IMG/VR virus record: IMGVR_UViG_3300043580_000071
Coordinates: 1 to 40,137 of that record
DNA: 40,137 nucleotides
Source of the DNA: a virus
Lineage: Duplodnaviria; Caudoviricetes
Reading direction: 5' to 3' (one strand)
This document shows positions 7,715 to 16,678 of this stretch, piece by piece. A program made the position numbers and the translations under genes. Every line of letters begins with the position of its first letter. The stretch's first letter is position 1. The notes under the pieces are model-generated. The model saw only the letters and a program-made list of their open reading frames with translations. It did no database searches and had not been told where the DNA came from.

Positions 7715-9120
7715 AGATCATCACGGGCTTCAAGCCCCAACCCGGGCCCCAGCACCATTTTCTGACGTGCCCTGCCGATATTGTCGTGTACGGCGGGGCC
7801 CGGGGAGGAGGAAAGAGCTTTGCCTCCCTCGGCGAGTTCTGGTGCCACAGCGAAGACTGGGGCCCTGCCGCCAAGGGCCTGATGCTGCGCAGATCACGCG
7901 AAGACTTGAAGGATACCATCGACATAGCCCGGCAGATGTATGGGGATGCCGCCGAGTGGAAGGACAAGGAAAAGCAGTTCCGCTTCCGCAACGGGGCGGT
8001 GTTTCACATGGCGTATCTGGAGAACGACGCCGATGCGATGAACTACCAAGGCTGGTCGCTGACCCGCGTCTATGTCGAAGAGCTGACCCAGTATGCGACG
8101 CCTACCGGCATCTTTCGGCTCTTTGCTACCTTACGCACGACTTCTGGTGCCAGATGTCAATTCCGAGCCACGTGCAATCCGGGGGGCCCGGGGCACCACT
8201 GGGTAAAAAACTGGGTCATCGACAACGGCTCGTACAGGCCTATCAAAGACGCCGAGACGGGCCTCATCCGGATATTCATCCCGGCCAAAATCTCGGACAA
8301 CCCGGCGCTGCTGAATAACGACCCGAGCTACATCAACCGCCTCCGGGCCTCGGGGTCTCCAGCCCTCGTCAGGGCTTGGCTCGAAGGCGACTGGAACGTC
8401 ATCGAGGGTGCGTTCTTCCCGGAGTTCGAGCCCCAGCGGCATGTCATCACGCCGCCGCGAATGCCCCTCCATTGGACGCGCTTCAGAAGCATGGACTGGG
8501 GCTCCGCCTCCCCGTTCTCGCTCGGCTGGTGGATCGTGGCGCAAGAGGATTTTGTCCATGACAAGCGACGAATACCGAAAAACAGCATTATCAGATATCG
8601 CGAATGGTATGGCTCTTCCGCCCCCAACAAGGGGCTCAAGCTGCCTGCCGACGCGGTTGCGAAGGAAGTCGTGCGAAGAGAAACCGACGGCAGGGGTTTC
8701 CGCGAGCCCATCGCTTACGGAATACTCGACCCTTCTGCATTCCAAGTCGTGTCAGGTCCGAGCATTGGTGAGACGTTTGCACGACACGGCGTCTACTTCC
8801 GGCGTGCCGATAACTCGCGTGTCTCTACGCCGAAGCGGATGGGTGGCTGGGATCAGGTCCGCTGGCGATTGAAGGGCGACGACGACGGCGATCCGCTGAT
8901 CTTCTTCGTTGACCACTGCCGCGACGCCATAAGAACCCTCCCCATGCAGCAGCACGACGAGAACAGACCTGAAGACCTCGACACCGAGGGCGAGGATCAC
9001 GCCGTTGACGACATCCGCTACGCCTGCATGTCCCGGCCCTTCGGCGCAAGGGTCGAGGCCGACGAGGACCAGAACCCGCTGATGGTCAGAAATGCTTTCA
9101 AGCTGGACGAACTCGCATAG
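7711..9120 (+). CDS. terL: Terminase large subunit
   Basis: Walker A YGGARGGGKS, Walker B VYVEELT, TCNPGG, nuclease SMDWG and EDHAVDDIRY. Confidence 0.95.
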   Translation: MKIITGFKPQPGPQHHFLTCPADIVVYGGARGGGKSFASLGEFWCHSEDWGPAAKGLMLRRSREDLKDTIDIARQMYGDAAEWKDKEKQFRFRNGAVFHMAYLENDADAMNYQGWSLTRVYVEELTQYATPTGIFRLFATLRTTSGARCQFRATCNPGGPGHHWVKNWVIDNGSYRPIKDAETGLIRIFIPAKISDNPALLNNDPSYINRLRASGSPALVRAWLEGDWNVIEGAFFPEFEPQRHVITPPRMPLHWTRFRSMDWGSASPFSLGWWIVAQEDFVHDKRRIPKNSIIRYREWYGSSAPNKGLKLPADAVAKEVVRRETDGRGFREPIAYGILDPSAFQVVSGPSIGETFARHGVYFRRADNSRVSTPKRMGGWDQVRWRLKGDDDGDPLIFFVDHCRDAIRTLPMQQHDENRPEDLDTEGEDHAVDDIRYACMSRPFGARVEADEDQNPLMVRNAFKLDELA

Positions 9121-9147
9121 CGGGTGTAGGGCTCGAACACCCGGAGG

Positions 9148-9501
9148 ATGCCGATGCCGGATCAGCAGCAGAACCACGACATGGCCGCCGAGAACCGGTT
9201 GCGCGATGCGTTCGCGCAGTTGCTCTATCGCGGCAACGACCAAGCCGTGCCGATGGAGAACGTCTGGATGCAGCAGGGCCCGGCCCAGTTCGCGAAAGGC
9301 GTCACTTCGGGCGAGGTGCTGGACCGCAACGAGACCCCGACCGACCCGACCACGGCGCTCCCCCAAAGACAGTTTGTCCCCGATCCCCGCTTCGATTACC
9401 CGATGCATATGGGCGGCAAGCCTGCCGAGGATCAGGCCCCGTTCGGCGGTAAGGGCTCCTACATCCGCACCAAGCAGAAGTCCAAGAAGGGCAAGGACTA
9501 G
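9148..9501 (+). CDS. Hypothetical disordered protein
   Basis: GGAGG RBS; abuts the portal start; P/Q/G-rich with a basic C-terminus. Confidence 0.7.
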   Translation: MPMPDQQQNHDMAAENRLRDAFAQLLYRGNDQAVPMENVWMQQGPAQFAKGVTSGEVLDRNETPTDPTTALPQRQFVPDPRFDYPMHMGGKPAEDQAPFGGKGSYIRTKQKSKKGKD

Positions 9502-11934
9502 ATGGCCGAGACCACCTACTCCAAGGGCGACGATCTTCCGCAGGTAACACCCGCGAGCCCCGAGGCCGACCGCCCGGATCGCCCCGAGGTCGCCGCGTCC
9601 GACGCGCAGGAAGTGGATACCAGTTTCTGGGAGAAAGCCCTCGCCGACGCCGAGCGTGCCGAAAAGGACTGGCGCACAAGGGGCCGCGAGATCGTCCAGA
9701 TTTACCGGGGCGATATCCCGATCACCCGCCCCAAGGCGGGCAAGACCGTAAGTTCGAGCAGGCAGGGGCAATCTTCCACGTTCAACATCCTCTACGCCAA
9801 CACCGAAGTCATGCTTCCGGCGGCGTACTCCAAGCCGCCCGATCCGGTGGTTAGGAGCCGTTTCGTCAAGAAATCGGCGATGCCGCCCATGCCCATGCCG
9901 ATGATGCCCCCGGGCATGGGTGGTCCTCCGCCGGGAATGATGCCTCCTCCCGGAGCAGGCCCCCTGCCTCCGGGCGCGGGCCCCCCGGGTGAACCTTCCG
10001 CGTCGATGGGCCCCGGAGGCCCGGCGATGCCGCTGGCTCCACCCGGGGGCCCGATGCCCCCTCCACCGCAATCTCCGGGCGGCGTCCCCCTACCCCAGCC
10101 GTCGGGAGTAGGGCCTCCGCCGGGAGATGCCCCCGGTGGGGGCCCGCCCATGTCGCTCCCTCCGGGAGCTGGCGGGGCTCCGCCTTCACCTCCGCCCGTG
10201 GGCCCGCAGACCGTCCCCCAACCGGCCCCCATGCCGCCCGGCATGCCGCGCCAGCAGGATATCGACACCGCCGCTGCCGTGATGGAGAAGGCGCTGGAGA
10301 TCGTGGTGGCCGACGAGGCTTCGCATGAAGCGGTGAAAGCTGCCGTCAGGGACATGCTGTTGCCGGGGCGCGGGATTTGTCGCGTCCGCTGGAAGCCCGT
10401 GCTCAAGCAAATCCCGGTCGAGGACCCGATCATGGGAGGCCCGCTTGCGCACCCGGTGACCGGCGAGCCCCAGATGAAGGACGCGAAAATCTGGGAGACG
10501 GTCGATGATGAGTATGTGTTCTGGGAGGACATCCTCATCGACCCCGTGCGCCAGCACGGCGACGTCGAATGGATCGCGTTCCGGCATCTGTTCGCTGAAA
10601 AAGCCCTTCTCTCGGAGTTCGGCGACAGCGAGAAACTGCAATCTTACCAGAAAGACGGCAAGTTATCGGAGCTGCTGAAATGGACCGAGGAGAGCGCGGC
10701 CAAGTCCCCCGTCGGTGGTGGCCCTTCGACAAAGGCGTCCGGAAAGCTCGACAGCGTTGTGCGGAAGGCGATGGTCTGGGAAATCTGGAACCGCTCGACC
10801 CGCGAAGTGCTCTGGATCATACGCGAAGGTGGCGGCTGCGCGTTGCGCGTCGATCCCGACGTTCTGGGCTTGGAGGGCTTCTACCCCATTCCGAAGCCGA
10901 TCTATGCCGTGGTCACGACCGAGACCATGATCCCGAAGGCGTTCTATGACCTGTACGCCCATCTCGCCGCCGATCTGGACGACACTTCTCGGCGTATCAG
11001 TGATCTTACGGCAAAAATCAAAGTCCGTGGCGGCTACAATGCGGCGAACGCGGACATTGCGAACCTTCTTACGGCTGATGACGGCAAGCTGCTGCCTGTG
11101 GACGGCGTCGATCTTATGTCTGGCGGCCTGCAAAATCACATCTGGCTTGTCCCGATACTTGAGTGGGTCAACGCGCTCAAAGAACTCTACATGAGCCGCG
11201 ACCAGCAGAAGAACGCGATCTACGAGATCATCGGCATCGCCGACATCGTCCGGGGCGCAACCAACCCCTACGAAACCGCCACCGCGCAGCGCATGAAGGG
11301 CACGATCGGTGCCGGAAGAATGCAGGGCGTGCAGCAGTCCGTCGCGAACTTCGTAAGAGACCTGATGCGGCTGAAGTCCGACATCATCGCCAAGAATTTC
11401 GATGCCGAGACGCTCACCCGCATGACCGGCGAGAACGTCACCCCTGACATCATGGACATCCTGCGCAACGATTTCTCGCGGATGTGCTCCATCAACATCG
11501 AGACCGACAGCACCGTGCAGGCCGACGAGGCCACCGAAAAAGAAGCCAACGCGCAGATCATGCAGGTGATCGGCGGCACGATGCAAGCCGCGCAGGGCCT
11601 GATGATGACCGGTATCCTGCCGCCGCCGATGATCCTCAACATGACCCTCGAAATGATCAAGATGCTGCTGCATCCGGTCCGCCACTCCAGAGGCGTGATC
11701 GACATGGTGGACGGCTATCAGGAGATGCTGGGGGCTTACATGAAGATGGACCCGACGGGTGCCATGATGCGGCCTCCCGCCCCGCCTCCCCCGGGACAGG
11801 GTGGAGGGCCCCCCGGAGCCCCGCCGGGCCCCTCCAGAGGCCAGAACGGCAAGGGACCTCCCAAACCCGCCCCGACCCAAGCCCCCGCACCGATGGGCGC
11901 GGGAGGGCCTCCGCCACCGCCCGGAGTGATGTGA
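9502..11934 (+). CDS. Portal protein with Pro/Gly/Met-rich insertion
   Basis: Position after terL; FNILYANTEV, LLPGRGICRVRW, FYPIPKP, IYEIIGIADIVRG..ETATAQ, INIETDST are typical of podovirus portals. Confidence 0.88.
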   Translation: MAETTYSKGDDLPQVTPASPEADRPDRPEVAASDAQEVDTSFWEKALADAERAEKDWRTRGREIVQIYRGDIPITRPKAGKTVSSSRQGQSSTFNILYANTEVMLPAAYSKPPDPVVRSRFVKKSAMPPMPMPMMPPGMGGPPPGMMPPPGAGPLPPGAGPPGEPSASMGPGGPAMPLAPPGGPMPPPPQSPGGVPLPQPSGVGPPPGDAPGGGPPMSLPPGAGGAPPSPPPVGPQTVPQPAPMPPGMPRQQDIDTAAAVMEKALEIVVADEASHEAVKAAVRDMLLPGRGICRVRWKPVLKQIPVEDPIMGGPLAHPVTGEPQMKDAKIWETVDDEYVFWEDILIDPVRQHGDVEWIAFRHLFAEKALLSEFGDSEKLQSYQKDGKLSELLKWTEESAAKSPVGGGPSTKASGKLDSVVRKAMVWEIWNRSTREVLWIIREGGGCALRVDPDVLGLEGFYPIPKPIYAVVTTETMIPKAFYDLYAHLAADLDDTSRRISDLTAKIKVRGGYNAANADIANLLTADDGKLLPVDGVDLMSGGLQNHIWLVPILEWVNALKELYMSRDQQKNAIYEIIGIADIVRGATNPYETATAQRMKGTIGAGRMQGVQQSVANFVRDLMRLKSDIIAKNFDAETLTRMTGENVTPDIMDILRNDFSRMCSINIETDSTVQADEATEKEANAQIMQVIGGTMQAAQGLMMTGILPPPMILNMTLEMIKMLLHPVRHSRGVIDMVDGYQEMLGAYMKMDPTGAMMRPPAPPPPGQGGGPPGAPPGPSRGQNGKGPPKPAPTQAPAPMGAGGPPPPPGVM

Positions 11935-12016
11935 CATGAGGCCCAAGCCCAAACCCAAGGCAGCCAAGATCGTCGCCAAGCGCGCTATCCCGAAACCCAA
12001 GCCGAAGGAGAGACCG

Positions 12017-12331
12017 ATGGTTGAAGTCAAGAAGCCCGATCCCGCCCCGCCGCCACCTGCCGTCAAGAGCCCGGCCCCGGCCAACACCACCTACTCGCCC
12101 GACCCTGCCGCGCCGACCGCGTTCGCGGTGGTGCCGGAGGACATGCTGACCGAGCAGGAAAAGGACACCGCGAGCGAGGTCCCCGGCGTCGGCCCCGCCA
12201 GCGCCTCCGAGGTCTCTCCGGGCCCCGTCGAGACGATGGAGGACCTTGGGATAGGCCCCCGCACGCCCTACCCCGAGGGCTCCCCGCCGGTTGCCGCCGA
12301 CGCTGCCGTGAAGAAGGACCCGACCCGATGA
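12017..12331 (+). CDS. Hypothetical Pro-rich protein
   Basis: AAGGAG RBS before ATG 12017 (ORF could extend to 11936); GPRTPYP motif. Confidence 0.65.
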   Translation: MVEVKKPDPAPPPPAVKSPAPANTTYSPDPAAPTAFAVVPEDMLTEQEKDTASEVPGVGPASASEVSPGPVETMEDLGIGPRTPYPEGSPPVAADAAVKKDPTR

Positions 12332-12939
12332 GCATGGTCCGGTATCCTCTTCCCATCACCAACGCGATGCTGGCGAAGGCCAACATCCACGAGGGCAAGC
12401 CGCGTTACGACAGCGCCCCTAATGTCGCCGCCGACTGGCACGGCGGCGATTTCGGTCAGGACGTGGACATCGCGGAAGCGACCCAGTCCATCGCCAACTG
12501 CCACTCCGCCGCCGTCGGCACCGATTACGACCCGCAGCATCAGGAGGGCAAGGGCAAGAACATGACCCCGAAGCTCACCCCGCTCGCGGATATCGGCAAG
12601 GACTACGGGGCCTATAGCGGCAGCTCCTACCGCAGCGGACCGATCGAGCCCCGCGCGCCCTACCCGGACAAGACCTCGCCGCCCGTCGTGTCGGCGGTGA
12701 GCCCGAACTCGGGCCTCGCCGCAGGCGGCCTCGCCATCACGGTCACGGGCGCGGGCTTCACCGGGGCCACGGGTGTCACCATCGGCGGCACGCCCGCAAC
12801 CGCCGTGGTCGTGGTGAACTCCTACACCATCACGGCAGTCACCCCGGCCAAAACGGCGGGCACCTACGACGTCCGCGTCACCACGCCCAACGGCACCAGC
12901 GCCATCGGCGGTGCCGCCGACAACTTCGTGTACGCATGA
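12328..12939 (+). CDS. Protein with C-terminal IPT/TIG Ig-like domain (probable head decoration)
   Basis: PVVSAVSPNSG..GG..ITVTGAGFTG...VTIGG...ITAVTP...DVRVTTPNG..FVY matches the IPT/TIG pattern. Confidence 0.8.
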   Translation: MSMVRYPLPITNAMLAKANIHEGKPRYDSAPNVAADWHGGDFGQDVDIAEATQSIANCHSAAVGTDYDPQHQEGKGKNMTPKLTPLADIGKDYGAYSGSSYRSGPIEPRAPYPDKTSPPVVSAVSPNSGLAAGGLAITVTGAGFTGATGVTIGGTPATAVVVVNSYTITAVTPAKTAGTYDVRVTTPNGTSAIGGAADNFVYA

Positions 12940-13205
12940 GCGGATCGGCCAGACCGAACGACCAGATGCACCTGCCGGGCCTCGGCGTCCCCGTGGACCC
13001 GTGGACCGGCTTCGTGCTGAAGCCCGTCGTCACCGAACGCCTCAAGCGGCTCAAGGAGGCTGAGCGGGTTTTCCGCGCGGTCCTCCACGAATTGGACGGA
13101 ACCACCGAGGGCTCGATGCCGGGCAACCGCCAGATGGCGCTGGCTTTCACGGCGCTGGATCAAACACGGCTGTGGGCGGCGGCCTCGATCATCGAGAGTA
13201 GCTGA
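12936..13205 (+). CDS. Acb2/Tad1-like helical hairpin protein
   Basis: LKRLKEAERVFRAVLHEL...RQMALAFTALDQTRLWAAASI resembles the R..ALA.T.L....WA..AI hairpin pattern. Confidence 0.55.
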   Translation: MSGSARPNDQMHLPGLGVPVDPWTGFVLKPVVTERLKRLKEAERVFRAVLHELDGTTEGSMPGNRQMALAFTALDQTRLWAAASIIESS

Positions 13206-13207
13206 AG

Positions 13208-13495
13208 ATGCCGGTCTATGTCTTCTACGAGGGCCGCCTGATCGAGAAGCGATACAAGCCCTCGCAGCCCCAGCACGCGCGCAGCGACCTCCCAGCGCCC
13301 GCCGTGCAGGGCTTCGAAGCCTACGCCAGCCCCATCGACGCGCGCACCATTTCGTCGCACCGCCAGCGCGACAGGGACTTGCATAATTCCGGCAGCTACG
13401 ACAAACGCGACACCCCCGCAGAGTTCAGGAGAGCCCAAGATGGCAGGCGAAAATTCGCAAAACGGAGCGCCGCCGAGCCTCCGCGATATAGCTGA
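13208..13495 (+). CDS. Small head-module protein upstream of scaffold
   Basis: YASPIDARTISSHRQRDRDL motif of the type seen in small genes preceding podovirus scaffolds. Confidence 0.65.
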   Translation: MPVYVFYEGRLIEKRYKPSQPQHARSDLPAPAVQGFEAYASPIDARTISSHRQRDRDLHNSGSYDKRDTPAEFRRAQDGRRKFAKRSAAEPPRYS

Positions 13496-14666
13496 GCAGG
13501 CCTACGACGATCTCGAAGAAGGTGCCGAGGCCCAAGCCTCCGAGGCCCCGTCCGAGGGCCCGGGCGAGGGCCCGGTCGAAGGGGCTGCCGAAGAAACCCT
13601 TGGACAAGACGACCGACCGCGCGATAAAAGCGGGCGTTGGGTGTCCAAATCGGAGGGTACCCAGCCGGGTGAAGCAATCGAGCCCCTCGATCCAGCCCCG
13701 AAACCAAAAATTGAAGTCCAGAAGCCGCCAACTGATCCAGCCGCTGCACAAGTAACACCCGCAGCGCGAAGCAATCAGGTCCCGGAGCACTGGAGCGCGG
13801 AAGACAAGGCGACGTTCGCCAAGCTGCCGAAAGAGGGCCAGCAATTCCTCCTGAAGCGGCACGGCGATATGGAAGCCGAGTTCACGCGCAAGTCACAGGC
13901 GAGTGCGGGAGCAGTCCAGTTCACGCAGGCGCTTGCGCCGGTCTTCAACGACCCGCAGATCGCGCAGTCGTTGAAAGCAGCGGGGGTTCATCCGGTTCAG
14001 GCGATCCAAGAATGGGCCTCGTGGCACAGGATGGGAACGTCGCCGAACCAAGAGGATAAATTCAAGCTGCTGGTAGGGCTGACGCAACGCATGGGGCTGG
14101 ACCCAGCGCGCATTTTCTCCGCTTTGAACCAGCCGCCGTCGGCGACTTCGATGGGTCTCTCGGAAGAGGACCTGAAGGACCCGGCGGTTAAATTCATCGC
14201 CGACCATCTCGGCAAGACGCAAAGCAAGCTCGACGCCATCGAGCGGAGCCAGCAGCAAAGAGAACAGCAGGAGCATCAGGCCCGTGCTGTCCAAGGTGTC
14301 AGGTATGCTAGGTCGAACATCGACGGTTTCGCGGACGAGAAGTCAAAGGACGGACGCCAGCTCCGCCCCCACTTCGACGCCGTGCTGCCGCTCATCATCG
14401 ACATGTTCAAGGCCAATCCAAACAGGAACTTGGCCGAGGCCTACGACACCGCCTGCTGGGCTCACCCGGAAGTCAGGAAGCAACTGCTCGCGGCGGAACA
14501 CTACCGCACGCAGTCGCAGTCTGACGTCGCCCGGGCCCGCATCGCGCAACGGGGCAACACGCGGGGGATCACCACCCCCGTCGCACGCCCCAACGGCGCG
14601 GACGGGCCCTCGAAGGGCAGCCTGCGGGATACGCTGGAGCGTTCTGCCGACGAGGTTGGTTTCTGA
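13440..14666 (+). CDS. Capsid scaffolding protein
   Basis: Acidic, coiled-coil; RDKSGRW, PEHWSAEDKATFAKLP, LAEAYDTACWAHPEVR; SLRD helices at both termini; directly before the capsid gene. Confidence 0.85.
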   Translation: MAGENSQNGAPPSLRDIAEQAYDDLEEGAEAQASEAPSEGPGEGPVEGAAEETLGQDDRPRDKSGRWVSKSEGTQPGEAIEPLDPAPKPKIEVQKPPTDPAAAQVTPAARSNQVPEHWSAEDKATFAKLPKEGQQFLLKRHGDMEAEFTRKSQASAGAVQFTQALAPVFNDPQIAQSLKAAGVHPVQAIQEWASWHRMGTSPNQEDKFKLLVGLTQRMGLDPARIFSALNQPPSATSMGLSEEDLKDPAVKFIADHLGKTQSKLDAIERSQQQREQQEHQARAVQGVRYARSNIDGFADEKSKDGRQLRPHFDAVLPLIIDMFKANPNRNLAEAYDTACWAHPEVRKQLLAAEHYRTQSQSDVARARIAQRGNTRGITTPVARPNGADGPSKGSLRDTLERSADEVGF

Positions 14667-14683
14667 CCTCATAGGAGTGCCAC

Positions 14684-15637
14684 ATGGCCGAACCTACCGT
14701 CACGCAACTCGTCGCGACCACGATCCAGAACTATCACAAGCAGTTCGCCGATAACGTCTCCAACTCGAATGCCGTGACGGCCCTTCTTCGCGAAGGCAAC
14801 CGGGTTCGCGTCATCGAGGGAGGCCGCGCGATTGCCTGCCCGCTTACTTACGCAGAAGAGACCTTCGCGTGGTACCTCGGGACCGAATTGCTTTCCCGGG
14901 CCACCAAGGAGACCATCTCCGAGGCTCACTACGACCCGGCGAACGCCGTGGCCTCAGTGACCCTCTCGGGCCCTGATCTGGCCAAGAACCGCTCGCGAGA
15001 GCGCATCCTCAACCTTCTGGAAGGCAAGCTCGACAACGCCGAAGCCACCATGAAGAACAACATCACCAAAGCAGTCTACGGCGACGGTACCGTTGCAAAA
15101 TCATTCGTGGGCCTCAAGGGCTTCGTCACCGCCGACGGCCTCGGCACCATCGGCGGCATCGACGCCGGGACGTGGACCTTCTGGAAGAACCAGTTCCAAG
15201 TGGTCGCCCGCGCCACGGGCCTTCAGTATCCCGCGCTCAAGGCGGGCATGAACGCGCTGTGGATGAAGCTGATCCGTGGCGCAGAAAAGCCCGACCTGAT
15301 CGTCGCCGACGGCGAAATCTACTCCACTTACGAAAGTGGGCTTCAGGAGAACCAGCGGTACGCCGACGCGAAGCTCGGCGCGCTTGGTTTTGAAACCTTG
15401 AAGTACAAGACCGCGCCGCTGGTGTTCGACGGTGCTGCGACGGGTATCACCGGAGCCTACTACCTCAACACCAAGTACATGAAGTTCGAGATTTACTCGG
15501 GACGCAATTTCGAGGCCCTCGACCTTCCCGACCAGAGCCCCGACATGGACGCTGTCACCAAGCACATGGCGTTCATGGGAGCCCTGACGCTGTCCAACCG
15601 CGCGATGCAGGGCAGGCTGACGGCTTCCGGCACCTGA
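14684..15637 (+). CDS. Major capsid protein
   Basis: AGGAG RBS; LVATTIQNYHKQFADNVSNSNA, ERILNLLEGK, LGALGFETLKY, YLNTKY, GALTLSNRAMQG; 317 aa. Confidence 0.9.
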   Translation: MAEPTVTQLVATTIQNYHKQFADNVSNSNAVTALLREGNRVRVIEGGRAIACPLTYAEETFAWYLGTELLSRATKETISEAHYDPANAVASVTLSGPDLAKNRSRERILNLLEGKLDNAEATMKNNITKAVYGDGTVAKSFVGLKGFVTADGLGTIGGIDAGTWTFWKNQFQVVARATGLQYPALKAGMNALWMKLIRGAEKPDLIVADGEIYSTYESGLQENQRYADAKLGALGFETLKYKTAPLVFDGAATGITGAYYLNTKYMKFEIYSGRNFEALDLPDQSPDMDAVTKHMAFMGALTLSNRAMQGRLTASGT

Positions 15638-15644
15638 TCTGCTG

Positions 15645-15680
15645 AACGGCGGCGGCGTTCGGGGACGTCGTCGCCGTTTT
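15645..15680 (+). terminator. Hairpin after capsid gene (weak terminator or mRNA stabiliser)
   Basis: AACGGCGGCGGCGTTC / GGACGTCGTCGCCGTT stem with G-U pairs, short T-run. Confidence 0.5.
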
Positions 15681-15704
15681 CCCCGCTCCCCGAACGGAGC
15701 ATCT

Positions 15705-16256
15705 ATGTCTGACACCCCGACACTCGTTCGTTTTTCCTCCGGCTGGGAGCGCGACGGCAACGGCCCCGACGGGTTGCCGCTGTACCGCGAAACCATTCGC
15801 GTGCGGATGGATCGGCCTCCATACCTTGCACTTGAGCGCGAGGCCGACGAGACCGACATCGCCGACCATCCCGGGCCCTACGAGCTTTACCAGAAGACCT
15901 GCGGGGCCCGCAAAGCCATCGTCGGCTATCCGCTGGCGCTGTGGCCCGCCTGCCCGCCGCATATCTTCCAGATGTGCGCCGTGCGCGACATTCACACCGT
16001 TGAACAGCTCGCCCAGCTCATGAGCAAAAAGCGGCGTGCCGAAGCCCTCAAGACCATGCCGCCCGAGATTGTCGAGATCGCCGATCGCGCTGTCACGATG
16101 ATCGAGCTGCACGGCAAGGCGGGGCAGTACGAGAGCATCGTCACCGACCTGCAAAGCCAGCTCGACGCGGTGAAGGAACAGTTCGCCGAGGCGGTCTCCA
16201 CCATCGCCGCGCAGAAGACCCTGATTGACGCCCTCCGATTGAAGGCTGCCGCATAA
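15705..16256 (+). CDS. Hypothetical protein (HhH-like motif plus coiled coil)
   Basis: GGAG RBS; IHTVEQLAQL followed by a heptad-rich C-terminus. Confidence 0.7.
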   Translation: MSDTPTLVRFSSGWERDGNGPDGLPLYRETIRVRMDRPPYLALEREADETDIADHPGPYELYQKTCGARKAIVGYPLALWPACPPHIFQMCAVRDIHTVEQLAQLMSKKRRAEALKTMPPEIVEIADRAVTMIELHGKAGQYESIVTDLQSQLDAVKEQFAEAVSTIAAQKTLIDALRLKAAA

Positions 16257-16678
16257 TGGCAAGACTGCTCACCATCGTCGATGCCGTGTCCGACGCTTCC
16301 TTGGAAATAGGGATCGTGCAACGGCCCGTGACGCTGGTGATCGGCACGGCGGATCAGGACATCGCGCAGATGACGGCCCTTCTTCAAAACGTGGCGGACG
16401 AACTGCTGCTTGACCCTCCCTACCGGGAGCAACTTGGCGACGGCAACTGGCTGATCGACACGGGCGGGACGGTCAGAAAGTCCCGGCCCACGTCGGACAG
16501 CGACCTCATCCTGTTCGATCCGCGCGTCGTCGTGAACGGCCTGAAGTACCGCTTCCTGAAGGCCAAAGGTCTCGAATATGGCGAGGAACAGCGCGACTTC
16601 ATCGTCAGGCTCAACAAGATCGCGGGCCGCAACGCGCCCGTGATCGACCTCAACGAAGACCCGGGGCGCGTGCAATGA
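16256..16678 (+). CDS. Head-tail adaptor / tail tubular protein A-like
   Basis: LLTIVDAVSDASLEIG...GLKYRFLKAKGLEY; position between capsid and tail tube genes. Confidence 0.7.
   Translation: MARLLTIVDAVSDASLEIGIVQRPVTLVIGTADQDIAQMTALLQNVADELLLDPPYREQLGDGNWLIDTGGTVRKSRPTSDSDLILFDPRVVVNGLKYRFLKAKGLEYGEEQRDFIVRLNKIAGRNAPVIDLNEDPGRVQ

Noticed and set aside
9880-10255. Intein or intron in portal gene
   Set aside because: In-frame low-complexity sequence without Cys/Ser start, His-Asn end or homing endonuclease motifs.
8752-12090. Long - strand ORFs (439 and 475 aa), and similarly 29622-30926 and 21907-23058
   Set aside because: Antisense shadows of high-GC genes that have clear motifs or RBS on the + strand.
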